A DNA stretch of 38,136 nt. Source: Candidatus Poribacteria bacterium. GTDB taxonomy: Bacteria > Poribacteria > WGA-4E > UBA9662. This document shows positions 1-9,739 of the stretch, in pieces (within the stretch, counting starts at the first letter, position 1; each line of letters begins with the position of its first letter). The notes under the pieces were generated by a model that had not been told where the DNA came from, did no database searches, and saw only the letters and a program-made list of their open reading frames with translations. A program made the position numbers and the translations under genes. The stretch spans positions 1 to 38,136 of the forward strand of contig JAYGDX010000118.1 of the NCBI GenBank assembly GCA_046582655.1. The letters are read 5' to 3'.

Positions 1-1064
1 CTTGTGATGCCAAAATAGCTAGGTTTTCTCCTTGTGCTTGCGCTTTGTCTCGTCCATCATGGCTTTGTTGTTGACCAAAACGATCGGTGATTTCCAGGCC
101 AAGTTGTGTCATTAAGCCGCCAACTGGTCCGGTAAAGAAAACTGATCTACCACCGAATCCTGCAAATCCATTGGTTCCAGTCAGGCCGTTTTCCATGGCT
201 TATCGATAGTAGTGCACGAAGTCGGAGGTGATAAATGTATTTCTATTACCAAAGGCTTCGGGATGCATCCCCCATGAAGCCAACGTACCAATACTTTGCC
301 CGTTTACCTTTTTCCTGAACCAAGCCACTGGTAGTTGGTGGTCGACCATGATAGGTTGGCGTGAATCGCGGCTGAAATTTTCTTTGGGTACATATGCGTT
401 AGCAATTATTGTATCGGTAGGTGCTAGGTTCTCAACCACTTCTAGGATGGCATCGCGGGTGCATTGCTGAAGAAATTCGATGTATTCTTCGTCAAAGCGC
501 GAATTCCATAGCAGTCGGTAACTCCAGAGACCAATCGTGTCAGGGGCATTGTGTGTATGGGTGGAAGCAAAAGTGATGTGATCAATATCCAACCTGATTT
601 GTTTAATCATTTGGCGAATAGGAATATACTGATCATAGGTGAGACCAATACTGTCAATGCTGACTAAAACAATGGTTGTACCGTTGTTGCGGAAAGCGAT
701 AGCGCGAGACCAAAGAGGATCGTTAACTCCCTGTGCAAGTCGGTTGCTACCAAAGCCAGCCAAACTAAGTCAAAAGTATCATTGCTGTTGGCATCCACGT
801 AAGTATCGATATCTGGGTCGTAGGCACCATTGCCGTTGATGTCTGCCCAAGTGTCGTAGCGTTCATCAAAGGTATGATTTGACGAACACCAATGCCGACC
901 TGAAGGTCACCCACGCTAGGCCAGCTGCCAATGGCTGGGATAGTATAATCAATTTCATACTTGCGATGCTGTCCACGACTAGTTATGTAGAGAAAGGCAA
1001 ACAACCCGGCCAAAAGCGCAAGGAGACAGAAAGCAATTCCTTTCAAAAAACGGCGATGTGTCAT
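1..1064 (-). pseudogene. Neutral/alkaline ceramidase-like lipid hydrolase, disrupted; continues beyond the window start
   Basis: N-terminal TM anchor from ATG 1064. Frameshift at ~868 into DERYDTWADINGNGAYDPDIDTYVDANSNDTFDLVW, then a second frameshift at ~758 into AGFGSNR..GVNDPLWSRA..STHTHNAPD..HPE (ceramidase-type motifs). In-frame TAA at 200-202, after which the frame stays open (AMENGLTG..GGRSVFFTGPVGGLMT) to base 1. Confidence 0.75.
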
Positions 1065-1392
1065 GTCTGGGTACTCCAATCTAGGCCCGGTGGTGCAAGA
1101 TACTGCAACAATCACGACGTCGTATTCAAGCTTAGTCGTAAACTCGCAAAAAAACGTGACAACAACATGATCAGTCGCCTATCAATTTACCAGAATTGCT
1201 ATAAAAGCCAAGGATGCCACATGATAGGTGTGCCGGGGGGTTAATCTCCTGATATAATTCAATAGCATCATAACACAAAGCGATTAACTTTTACACGAGA
1301 CAAATTCCATCGGATCCAATAGTGACTGAATAGGTAAGTAAGGTATGAAATTATTCCGATTTTGAGTTGATAATTGAGTCCAAACGTTCTGA

Positions 1393-1786
1393 CTAGTAGA
1401 GAATGATATATGCGATCAAGCAGCTTATGTCGATGTTAGCTATGACTTTTATGTAAGCGGTATCGAGGCACAGGACTCTAATCCGGAAACTTGTCCAGAT
1501 ACCTCCACCAATTCCCTTTCGGTTTATCTTCACCAATGGAAGGTCATAGGTCCGTTTCCAGCTGCTGATTTCCAACGATGCTTGTTTTACAGCGGCAACG
1601 TTTCACCAAAGTAGATGCATCATTGTTTTGGAAGTGAAGACCGAAAGCGAAGTCAAAATCTTTTTAGAATCGCAACCCCATAGATATCTCCTTGATGGTC
1701 AACCAATTACCATTGAGTATGCTGGATCTGACCGACTGGTTAGTGCCGTTTTCCCTACGGGACGGCGTGAACTAATTATAGACTAA
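1393..1786 (+). pseudogene. Degraded fragment of a probable carbohydrate-active or beta-sandwich protein gene
   Basis: No start codon. One frame reads ..VYLHQWKVIGPFP (W-x-x-I-G-P-F motif); another continues LLISND..YLLDGQPITIEY..VFPTGRRELIID-stop at 1784-1786. Stops lie upstream. Confidence 0.4.
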
Positions 1787-1930
1787 AACTTAATTTTCAG
1801 ACATGTTAGAATTAATTGAGCGGCCTTTTAAAAAATGTGTTTTTAGGATTCATTTCACATGAGGAAACCAAAGAATAGAGTTGGTCCTAAACTTCAAAAC
1901 TGGTCCACATAACTGATAGGGAGAAACCAC

Positions 1931-3163
1931 ATGGAACCACGTCCCGATTTGTTGCACAAAGACAGTCCTGATGGTTTGGAAATTTTTCAACTTACTACTG
2001 AAACGGGGGTGCCAAGCTCCCATGTCTACATGGAGGCACAGATCTTTACTCCAGACTCAAAGCGGTTGATCTTGCATCGGTCAGCCCATCCACATGGATC
2101 GGATCCAACCGATCCGGAACATCGATATCTGGTTTGCGAACTAGATAACCATTGCCAGCTAGCTTCAATCACAACTGAAGCTGGCGCCATGGCACCATCC
2201 ATTTCGCCGGATGGTGAAGTGCTTTATTATTTCGTTGATCAGACAATTTTAAATGGTGGATGTCTAACTTTGAAAAAAGTCAATTTGGACGGTACTAATA
2301 GAGAAACCCTATTGACTGTTGATTCGTCATTGTCCGGTACTGATTTTCGTCCTAGTCGACCGTATCCGCTGTCGACCATCTCCTCTGATGGCAAACGGAT
2401 AGCCATTTCCGCTTTCTTAGGTGATGGTGAAACTGCAGATGCTCCATGGGGTTTGATGGTCTTTAATTTGGAGCAGGCCAGTGTGGAATTGGTTCTTTAC
2501 GGTCAAACATGGTGTAATATTCATCCGCAGTATAGTCGATCACTAGACACTAATGAGCAACACGATATTCTGATCCAAGAAAATCATGGTAACATCTGCG
2601 ATAAATCTGGGAGGATTACCCAGTTGGTTAGTGGAGATGGGGCAGATATTCATGTCATTTGTGACGATGGAACTGATTTTCGAAATCTCCCTTGGGGCCG
2701 TGACGGTAACGAATTTTGCCAAGGACATCAATGCTGGATTGGTAGAAGTCAACGCGCCTTAACCAGTACTTCCACACGAACACCCCGCGGTTGTGAACTA
2801 ATTGAAGCAAGAGCCGTCAAATACAGTGGGCACATGGGAATCAAGACACCCAACGCTCAACGTAACGACTTATCACGTCAAATCCCTAGCCCTGACTATT
2901 ACCATTTTGCCACTGACATTAATGGTAAATTGTTAATCACTGACGCCGGACCTAGAGATAGTGGCGGGGCGATTTATCTGGGAGAGATACCACATAATGA
3001 GACCAATCCCCTAAAAAATATGACCTATTTGCTCAACCCTCGTTCATCGTGGGGAAAGGGAAGCCATATTCACCCTTTCCTTTCTCCAGACGGACACACC
3101 GGTTTCTTCAATTCCGATGAGAGTGGCCTCCTACAAACTTACATGGTTCACGGTTGGACATAA
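1931..3163 (+). CDS. Oligogalacturonate lyase-like (PL22/TolB-like) beta-propeller protein
   Basis: 410 aa; RBS AGGGAG. HVYMEAQIFTPDSKRLI, repeated SPDG blades, GHQCW and C-terminal HIHPFLSPDG..FNSD, as in the Ogl family. Confidence 0.7.
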   Translation: MEPRPDLLHKDSPDGLEIFQLTTETGVPSSHVYMEAQIFTPDSKRLILHRSAHPHGSDPTDPEHRYLVCELDNHCQLASITTEAGAMAPSISPDGEVLYYFVDQTILNGGCLTLKKVNLDGTNRETLLTVDSSLSGTDFRPSRPYPLSTISSDGKRIAISAFLGDGETADAPWGLMVFNLEQASVELVLYGQTWCNIHPQYSRSLDTNEQHDILIQENHGNICDKSGRITQLVSGDGADIHVICDDGTDFRNLPWGRDGNEFCQGHQCWIGRSQRALTSTSTRTPRGCELIEARAVKYSGHMGIKTPNAQRNDLSRQIPSPDYYHFATDINGKLLITDAGPRDSGGAIYLGEIPHNETNPLKNMTYLLNPRSSWGKGSHIHPFLSPDGHTGFFNSDESGLLQTYMVHGWT

Positions 3164-3267
3164 GAAGGTCAGGTCAGGATGTTTTATTTGTTGGGACTTC
3201 AGACATATAATATTTATGTCGCTAACATTTGGGATTATTGAAAATATTAAATTAGGAGACATTTAAC

Positions 3268-4281
3268 ATGTCAGAAACAAAATTGCGCGTTGGCGGATTG
3301 GGCGGTCGAGAAAACTCCCATGCTGGTGGCTATCGCCGTTGTCCGGAAGCCAATCTGGTTGCTGTGGCTGACATTAACCACAAAAGGCTACAGCAGTTCG
3401 GAGATGAGTGGGAGATTCCGACGAATCATCAATATGATACTGCACAGGCTATGTATGAAAATGCTAACTTGGATATCGTCAGTGTCACCACTCACAATTT
3501 TCATCATCATCAACCTGTTATCGAGGCGGCGGAAGCGGGTATCAAGGTGATTCTGGTCGAAAAACCGCTGGCTATCAGTGTGGAGTTGGGGCACAAGATG
3601 GTCGAGGCGTGTGAAGCCCACGGCTGTCGGTTGCTCGTCGACCATACCCGTCGTTTTCTCCCTCATTACCGTAAGCTAAAACAAATGGTTAATGAGGGAG
3701 TTGTGGGAGAAGTCAAAACCATCACCTACTCTGGTGCGCGCCCATTATTGCACAATGGAACACATACGGTAGACTATGCTTTCTATTTTACGGATGCAGA
3801 GCCACAATGGGTTTCCGGATTTCTTAACCAAGAACCGGTTTCCGATCCAGGAGGAGGAGGGATGGTTGTTTGCCAAGGTGGTGTGGTCGTTTTCATCAAC
3901 TGTATTCTGACCCGTAGAGAATCGCTGAGTGATACCATTATTTCTGGTACTCAAGGACAGATCCACTTCTGCGAAAGGCGAGGAATTTGGGAGTATAGTC
4001 CCTTGGTTGAGGTAAGTGATGGATATGGTATACGCTACGACTTTTCCCCTATAACTGATATGCCCCAAACTTTTGAATTGGATGATTATTTCTATAGTGC
4101 GACTCGGGAGGCAGTTGATTGCTTTCTTGAGAATCGAGAGGGTGTTTCGACAGGACGTGATGGTCTGAAAGCGTTGGAAATTATCACGGCTATTCACATT
4201 TCCCACAAAACCAAAACGCAAGTTCAACTGCCATTGGCGGAAGGTCTTGATCATGTCGAAATTCGTTCGACTGGGCAGTAA
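3268..4281 (+). CDS. Gfo/Idh/MocA family oxidoreductase
   Basis: RBS AGGAGA. Rossmann start (RVGGLG), VAVAD, EKPLA, NGTHTVD motifs. Confidence 0.92.
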   Translation: MSETKLRVGGLGGRENSHAGGYRRCPEANLVAVADINHKRLQQFGDEWEIPTNHQYDTAQAMYENANLDIVSVTTHNFHHHQPVIEAAEAGIKVILVEKPLAISVELGHKMVEACEAHGCRLLVDHTRRFLPHYRKLKQMVNEGVVGEVKTITYSGARPLLHNGTHTVDYAFYFTDAEPQWVSGFLNQEPVSDPGGGGMVVCQGGVVVFINCILTRRESLSDTIISGTQGQIHFCERRGIWEYSPLVEVSDGYGIRYDFSPITDMPQTFELDDYFYSATREAVDCFLENREGVSTGRDGLKALEIITAIHISHKTKTQVQLPLAEGLDHVEIRSTGQ

Positions 4282-4429
4282 TATCTAGTTTCCATACGGT
4301 TTTTTTCAAATATTAGAATTCAGCAGATCGAGACAGGTTGCCAGCATCTACCGCCGTTTAGGTCATCAATGTGAATGGAAGGTCGGGTAACTTAATGATC
4401 CAATGGTCGTTGTACTGGTAACTAAGCAG

Positions 4430-4594
4430 ATGAAGAATATACCATCTCTTCTTTTTCTTCTATGGCTTGCCTTCGGTATAGGGGTATTTCTGAGCAGCCT
4501 TTTTATAGATGATTTTAAAAACTCAGTTACAAAGTTCGCTGCTATCTGGGGTTGTGTAATGATTTTATTGAGTATTCGCAGATTATATAGATAA
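4430..4594 (+). CDS. Small two-TM membrane protein
   Basis: 54 aa from ATG 4430; two hydrophobic helices and a basic C-terminus. Confidence 0.5.
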   Translation: MKNIPSLLFLLWLAFGIGVFLSSLFIDDFKNSVTKFAAIWGCVMILLSIRRLYR

Positions 4595-4752
4595 CAATAT
4601 TATACAACAGCACTTTTCTATCGATTCAAACAGCAAGTTACTTCCATCAACTATGGATCCACTTGTGTTTTCCAAGTAGAAGTGTGATAAAATTTACCTT
4701 TGTTTAATATTGATAGGTATTAGTTTAGATCTCAAAAGTAATCACAAAAAGC

Positions 4753-5238
4753 ATGGATAAAGTTGACAAGAACAAACAGGCTCGACAATACTTTGATCAA
4801 GCAGAACAGCATCACATGCGTGGTGAATTAGAACATGCTGTAGAACTTTATATCAAGTCAATTGAACTGTATCCAACAGCGAAAGCGTACACCTGGTTGG
4901 GATGGGCGTATAGTATGATGGGAAGACTACAAGAGGCAATCGAAGAATGCCAGAACGCAATTCAAACAGATCCCAACTTTGGTAATCCTTATAATGACAT
5001 CGGTGCTTATTTAATAGAGTTAAGAGAGGACAATGCTGCTATACCATGGCTAGAGAAAGCTATACAGGCTCCTAATTATGAATCGCGAGCATATCCACAC
5101 ATGAATCTGGCTCGTATCTGGGAATCTCAGTTGAGATGGGAGAAAGCAATTGTCGGTTACAAGGAAGCATTAAGAGAAAATCCAGATTATAAACAAGCGT
5201 TTATTGCCCTGAAAAAGTTACAAGCCCTACTGAATTAG
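4753..5238 (+). CDS. Tetratricopeptide repeat protein
   Basis: About four TPRs (AYTWLGWAY, NPYNDIGAYL, PHMNLARIW). Extended -10 TGATAAAAT at 4685-4693. Confidence 0.9.
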   Translation: MDKVDKNKQARQYFDQAEQHHMRGELEHAVELYIKSIELYPTAKAYTWLGWAYSMMGRLQEAIEECQNAIQTDPNFGNPYNDIGAYLIELREDNAAIPWLEKAIQAPNYESRAYPHMNLARIWESQLRWEKAIVGYKEALRENPDYKQAFIALKKLQALLN

Positions 5239-5271
5239 GTTATAATCCACTGAAAAAAATTGGGAGAAAAA

Positions 5272-5574
5272 ATGCCTAGATACTTTGTGAAATCAATAGA
5301 GAAACCAGAGATTGAACCATTCGAAATTACGGCCGAACTTCGTAAGCAACTCCAATACTTCACCACTGGGGAAACGCGTGACCCGGAAAAACCAAACGAA
5401 TATTTTTTCCCTCCGTTACGTACAAAGGAATTACTTGAAGACGGGGTTTTTTATATGGTTTCGCCCTTGGATAGTCAAAATCAATCAGAGATAGAAATTA
5501 CCTTGGAACAAGAAATATTTTTAGAGTGGGTCGTGGAAAAAGAGATAGAAAATATTCGGGTGGAAGAAGCTTAG
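5272..5574 (+). CDS. Hypothetical acidic protein
   Basis: RBS GGGAGA before ATG 5272; 100 aa directly after the TPR gene; plausible composition. Confidence 0.75.
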   Translation: MPRYFVKSIEKPEIEPFEITAELRKQLQYFTTGETRDPEKPNEYFFPPLRTKELLEDGVFYMVSPLDSQNQSEIEITLEQEIFLEWVVEKEIENIRVEEA

Positions 5575-5584
5575 ACTGCGTATA

Positions 5585-6247
5585 TTAAACTGGCCAACTT
5601 CGCAACTGGTAGGCACTATCCCAGAACATCCACTCCAGTTGTGTCGCTCTTCGAAATACATGATGCATCATTTTAATTGTCGTTGCCGATGAATCTGCAG
5701 CGGCCTTGTCAGTTGTTTTTATGACACGGTTAACAGATGCTTCAAACTCTTCACTGGCGTAAGAATCAATCCAATCTTGATAGGGATTTTTCCCCACGGA
5801 CTGGTGATAAATGTGTTTGCCAACTTCTGCATAGATCCAGAAACATGGCAAGACAGCCGCCAATCCAACTTCATAAGAATTATTTACGGTTGCCGCGATC
5901 AGAAAATTAACGTAGTGATCGCAAATCGGCGACATTTCTATATTTTCGACATCACTTCGGGTTAGCCCGAACCGTTGAAAATAGGTCTCATGTAGGGATC
6001 TTTCAACCACTATAGCCACTTTTGCCGCTTCTGCAAACTGTATCATTTCCTCTGAAACTTGCGCCTTAGACGCCAGAATGGATAGAGATTTTGAGAAAGC
6101 AATCAAATAGTGGGCATCCTGCACCATATAGAATTGGAATTTTTTGGAATTGAGCCTACCGGAAATCATTTCTTGATTGAAAGGCATCTCGATGATTTTA
6201 GCATAAATATCAGCATTGTTTTTCCATGCATCTGCTGAAAATGACAT
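5585..6247 (-). CDS. tenA: Thiaminase II / aminopyrimidine aminohydrolase TenA (TenA_C type)
   Basis: YMVQDAHYL, LPCFWIY (catalytic Cys), YQDWIDSY, EWMFWD. RBS AGGAGG at 6255-6260. Confidence 0.93.
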   Translation of the reverse strand: MSFSADAWKNNADIYAKIIEMPFNQEMISGRLNSKKFQFYMVQDAHYLIAFSKSLSILASKAQVSEEMIQFAEAAKVAIVVERSLHETYFQRFGLTRSDVENIEMSPICDHYVNFLIAATVNNSYEVGLAAVLPCFWIYAEVGKHIYHQSVGKNPYQDWIDSYASEEFEASVNRVIKTTDKAAADSSATTIKMMHHVFRRATQLEWMFWDSAYQLRSWPV

Positions 6248-6254
6248 TCTTTTA

Positions 6255-6276
6255 CCTCCTATAAAGATGCATTATA
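6255..6276 (-). promoter_or_regulatory. Putative -10 box (TATAAT) and RBS of tenA
   Basis: TATAAT at 6271-6276 (minus strand), 10 nt upstream of AGGAGG; no good -35. Confidence 0.45.
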
Positions 6277-6406
6277 ACGCAAAAATCCCAACCCAAATTA
6301 GGTCATCCAGACCATTACAATAACAACAGGTAGATGCTTAAACGCAAAATGAGTGGAGATCAATAATTGTTGCCTAAACACGCATTTTGATGATGGATGG
6401 ACAATT

Positions 6407-6760
6407 CTAACTTTTTTATTTCACCCCAAGTTATTACTAATTCATGCAGGGGAAAACGGCAGACGTAATTTCTAAACCTTCGTTCATGATAGTTTTCACA
6501 TTATCTGCGATCAACGCCATATTGGAGAGACCAACATCATAAATTATAATTCTTGCGTATTTACCATAGCGTTTATCTATGAACTACCCTTTCAGGAGTT
6601 CCATAACCACTGTTTTTAACTAAGCTAGCTTGGGCTTCTACTCCACTGTCCATCTCGATTGAATTTAAACCTTTGGAGGTATCCGTTGACCCGACGATAA
6701 AATGCCATTTATTATCCACGATAATGTTCTTACTGCGTACTGTGTGATCCTTCCCCTGTT
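6407..6760 (-). pseudogene. Decayed LamG-like jellyroll gene (C-terminal half) with a TWGxIK tail
   Basis: Across three frames: SKNIIVDNKWHFIVGSTD..IEMDSGVEAQ / IIIYDVGLSNMALIADNVKTIMNEGL..AVFP / ELVITWGEIK. No start codon; absent from the ORF track. Confidence 0.7.
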
Positions 6761-6785
6761 ATCGGATCGAACGTCCCTCCTCAAG

Positions 6786-7556
6786 TTAGCAGATCCCTGG
6801 CCAATCCCTCCACATATCTTGGCTTGGTGGTTCCTCCATTACCTGATCCATATCTTTTCGACGAAAGTCGTAGAGGACAGCTTGTCGAATTTGCCTCGAA
6901 CGATTGTGTCCAGCCGCATGGGCCAGTCGATGATGCCAGAAAATAATATCACCGGCCTGACCATGACAATCCACGTAGGTTTGTTGGTTGAAATAGGCAA
7001 TGTCTTTCTCGTGCTGTTCAGTGGGTTCATTCCGGTGTGATGAATGATAATCAAAGTACAATTTGCGATGGCTCTTAGGCCAAACTGTAAACCCTCCACC
7101 CTTTGGTGGAACGTCGCCGATGTAACCCACAACGCCAAGATGAAAAGGATGCCCATCGGTATGGCATGTAGTTGGTTTTTCTGGTTGATCCCCTTGCGGC
7201 AGAATGCAGTAAATCCCTCGAATCCGGTCTGGTACGACGACGTTCCCTTTACCCAGCAGTTTTTCAGCCATGCTCCATATAGTGAGATCTCTTGGTAGCA
7301 TACGCACAATCCACTCTTGGCTGCCGATTTGTCGGTATTTCCAACCATATCCACCACGCACGTTGCCTTGATCATCCCGGTGTTCCTCGATGGGACCAAT
7401 CCAGGTATCTGGATCCTTGGGATCCATAGTATCGGATGCGCTGTCCCAAAGTCGTTCTCGTGCAAGGGCAATCAAGCCAGGATCCATAACCTGTTTCTTG
7501 ATCAAGTATCCCTCTTCTTTAAAAAACTGAATTTCCTGATCTGATAATGGTTCCAT
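6786..7556 (-). CDS. Phytanoyl-CoA dioxygenase (PhyH) family Fe(II)/2OG oxygenase
   Basis: LSDQEIQFFKEEGYL start, HTD (HxD), GDIIFWHHRLAHAAGHN, R..V.YD. Confidence 0.9.
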   Translation of the reverse strand: MEPLSDQEIQFFKEEGYLIKKQVMDPGLIALARERLWDSASDTMDPKDPDTWIGPIEEHRDDQGNVRGGYGWKYRQIGSQEWIVRMLPRDLTIWSMAEKLLGKGNVVVPDRIRGIYCILPQGDQPEKPTTCHTDGHPFHLGVVGYIGDVPPKGGGFTVWPKSHRKLYFDYHSSHRNEPTEQHEKDIAYFNQQTYVDCHGQAGDIIFWHHRLAHAAGHNRSRQIRQAVLYDFRRKDMDQVMEEPPSQDMWRDWPGIC

Positions 7557-7562
7557 AGTTAG

Positions 7563-8924
7563 TCAATTTGACGATAGTGGGGATACCTGAAGATCTTGAA
7601 AAATCACCTGCCCATTCCGACAAAAGAAGAAAAGTCGATTACCAGACAGTCCTGGACACCGATTGACCAGACAGCGCCGGTCATCAACATAGACATCGAT
7701 GATGTCATCTCTTAGAACAACCTCCAACCTACAGGAGTGATCCAAGCCTTCAACATTGAGTATCGATTGTCCGTTAAGATCCACCGATCTTTCATAAGGA
7801 GACAAACGTAACAGATAACCGGACTCAAAGTTCCCACTTCCTTTTAGCCTTAGCCCAAAAGATTCACTGTTCGATTTCGGTACGATTTGCATGGTGATCC
7901 TCACGTTTTCGGGAACATCTGTGAGCATACCCACTTCAAGTCCTTGCCTGGCGGCAAGATAGATCCGGTCTTCCTGTTTGAAGGTGGCTGAAGTAAGTGG
8001 ACGAAAAGGAAGATCAAGCATCTCACCCGTTTTGGGTATCATTTCCAGCGGGAATCTCGTGCCGAGACTCCCATCCGGATACTGGATAATTTCACGAAAT
8101 ACCGCATGCCCAGCGTATTGAAGCCTTCCATCGTCCTTATTATCCTGACGGGTGCCAAGAAAGGCTACTCCCAACCGCCTGTTGCCGCTGAATTCAGCCG
8201 TTTTCAGCACACGAGCCACCGGCCCATCGAAAGTATCAATCGCTGGTGTCTCCCACGAACCAAATGGATTCTTCGAAACTCGATAATGGGCAACGCCAAA
8301 GGTACTAAAAATCAGGTAGTACCATCCGCTCCACTCAAAGTAGTCAGGACATTCCGGCACCGTTAATTCACCTGGAACAAAGAAAGGGTCGACAACTTCC
8401 CAATTCTGCAGATCATTAGACATAAGATGTGCCAGACATCCCCCACGATCTTCAATCGGATAGTTAGTTAACTTGGCAGTGACCAGCATATGAAAAACAC
8501 CTCCATCACAGAAAACCACCGGATCCCGATAATGATGAGGATCATATCCCTGAATGGTTGAGGCCTGAGGATTAGGTTGTACCTTTTCAAACTTAATTCC
8601 ATCCGTACTGGTGGCTAAACTCAGGTGCTGTTTCCGGTCCGGCATGCGGGTGGCATAGTAACCGTAGTAAGTACCTTGATGATGAAAGACGGATCCGGTA
8701 CAGATAGATCCCTCCCAGTCGTGGGTAATGGGTATGGCCAACGGATGATGATCCCAGTTGACTAAGTCGGTTGAACTGGCATGCGCCCACTGGTGTCCAC
8801 CTAACCCTCCCAAACTTTGGTGGTGGTTCTCATCCAGAAAATAATAAAGGCGGAATTCCCCTTGATGAAAAAATGGCATGCAGGCACCGACAAAAAAGGG
8901 ATCTGAAGGTTTGAAGTACTGCAT
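7563..8924 (-). CDS. Glycoside hydrolase family 32-like (clan GH-J) protein
   Basis: WAHASSTDLVNW, CTGSV, RDP and ECPD motifs plus a C-terminal beta-sandwich. The nucleophile position reads GACMPF. Confidence 0.88.
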   Translation of the reverse strand: MQYFKPSDPFFVGACMPFFHQGEFRLYYFLDENHHQSLGGLGGHQWAHASSTDLVNWDHHPLAIPITHDWEGSICTGSVFHHQGTYYGYYATRMPDRKQHLSLATSTDGIKFEKVQPNPQASTIQGYDPHHYRDPVVFCDGGVFHMLVTAKLTNYPIEDRGGCLAHLMSNDLQNWEVVDPFFVPGELTVPECPDYFEWSGWYYLIFSTFGVAHYRVSKNPFGSWETPAIDTFDGPVARVLKTAEFSGNRRLGVAFLGTRQDNKDDGRLQYAGHAVFREIIQYPDGSLGTRFPLEMIPKTGEMLDLPFRPLTSATFKQEDRIYLAARQGLEVGMLTDVPENVRITMQIVPKSNSESFGLRLKGSGNFESGYLLRLSPYERSVDLNGQSILNVEGLDHSCRLEVVLRDDIIDVYVDDRRCLVNRCPGLSGNRLFFFCRNGQVIFQDLQVSPLSSN

Positions 8925-8960
8925 TGGCCTCTATTCTACTCGTTTAACAACTAACTCGGC

Positions 8961-9626
8961 TTATTCATTCAACATGTGCTTGAATTCTTTTTTCAATTTC
9001 TGCATCTTGGGTGAGATAATTACCACACAATACGGTTGTGAAGGATTCGACTGATAGTAGTTCTGATGATAATCTTCAGCTGAATAGAAGGTGGGGGTAG
9101 GGGAGATTTCGGTTACGATGGGATCTGACCATAAGTCAGACGCATCGGTTTCAGCCATTGATCGCTCGGCAATCTCTTTCTGCTGGTCGTTATCATAGAA
9201 AATGACAGACCGGTACTGTGTTCCAGCATCGGCTCCTTGTCGATTCAATGTCGTTGGATTATGAGTATGCCAAAAAACATCCAATAAATCCTGATACGAA
9301 ATTTGATTGGGATCGTAAGTAATCTGGGCGACCTCAGCATGTCCGGTTTGTCCAGTACAAATCTGCTTATATGTTGGGTTGGGTATCTTTCCACCAGCAT
9401 AACCCGATACCACTTTCTCTACCCCTTTCAGGTTCTGATAGACTGCTTCTACACACCAGAAACAACCAGCCCCAAAGGTCGCTGTTTCATATTGTTCATC
9501 ACTCTGATTCATTGCAATTTCCTGTGTCTGATCGATATTGGATTTGGGATTGTCCACAACACAACCAATTATCAGTGGTATCAACGTCTGTAACAAGAAA
9601 AAAAGTGGGCTCAAGTGTTTAGACAT
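8961..9626 (-). CDS. msrA: Peptide-methionine (S)-S-oxide reductase MsrA with a lipoprotein-like signal
   Basis: [21 protein letters not shown] motifs; signal ending LIIGC; RBS GAGGA before ATG 9626. Confidence 0.95.
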   Translation of the reverse strand: MSKHLSPLFFLLQTLIPLIIGCVVDNPKSNIDQTQEIAMNQSDEQYETATFGAGCFWCVEAVYQNLKGVEKVVSGYAGGKIPNPTYKQICTGQTGHAEVAQITYDPNQISYQDLLDVFWHTHNPTTLNRQGADAGTQYRSVIFYDNDQQKEIAERSMAETDASDLWSDPIVTEISPTPTFYSAEDYHQNYYQSNPSQPYCVVIISPKMQKLKKEFKHMLNE

Positions 9627-9668
9627 CGTTATCCTCACAAAGACTAATCGTTATCCTCACAAAGACTA
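9625..9668. repeat. Perfect 22-bp tandem duplication over the msrA RBS
   Basis: ATCGTTATCCTCACAAAGACTA at 9625-9646 and 9647-9668. Confidence 0.95.
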
Positions 9669-9690
9669 TTTGAGTCATTGACGTACGTTT

Positions 9691-9719
9691 ATTATGAAAC
9701 AATCCAACATATTTATCAA
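9691..9719 (-). promoter_or_regulatory. Putative sigma70 promoter of msrA
   Basis: TTGATA-N17-CATAAT on the minus strand. Confidence 0.55.
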
Positions 9720-9739
9720 GCATTTTACTGCTAGGCAAT

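Noticed and set aside
6248..6410. TPP riboswitch upstream of tenA
   Set aside because: No CUGAGA or ACCUGA core, and a TATAAT box about 25 nt from the ATG leaves no room for one.
6702..7544. Long alternative-frame and antisense ORFs over the PhyH gene (e.g. 6839-7471, 6702-7040), and similar ones such as 3745-4254 and 26858-27388
   Set aside because: Shadows of well-supported genes with no motifs or RBS.
9625..9668. CRISPR array
   Set aside because: Two directly adjacent copies with no spacer; no cas genes.
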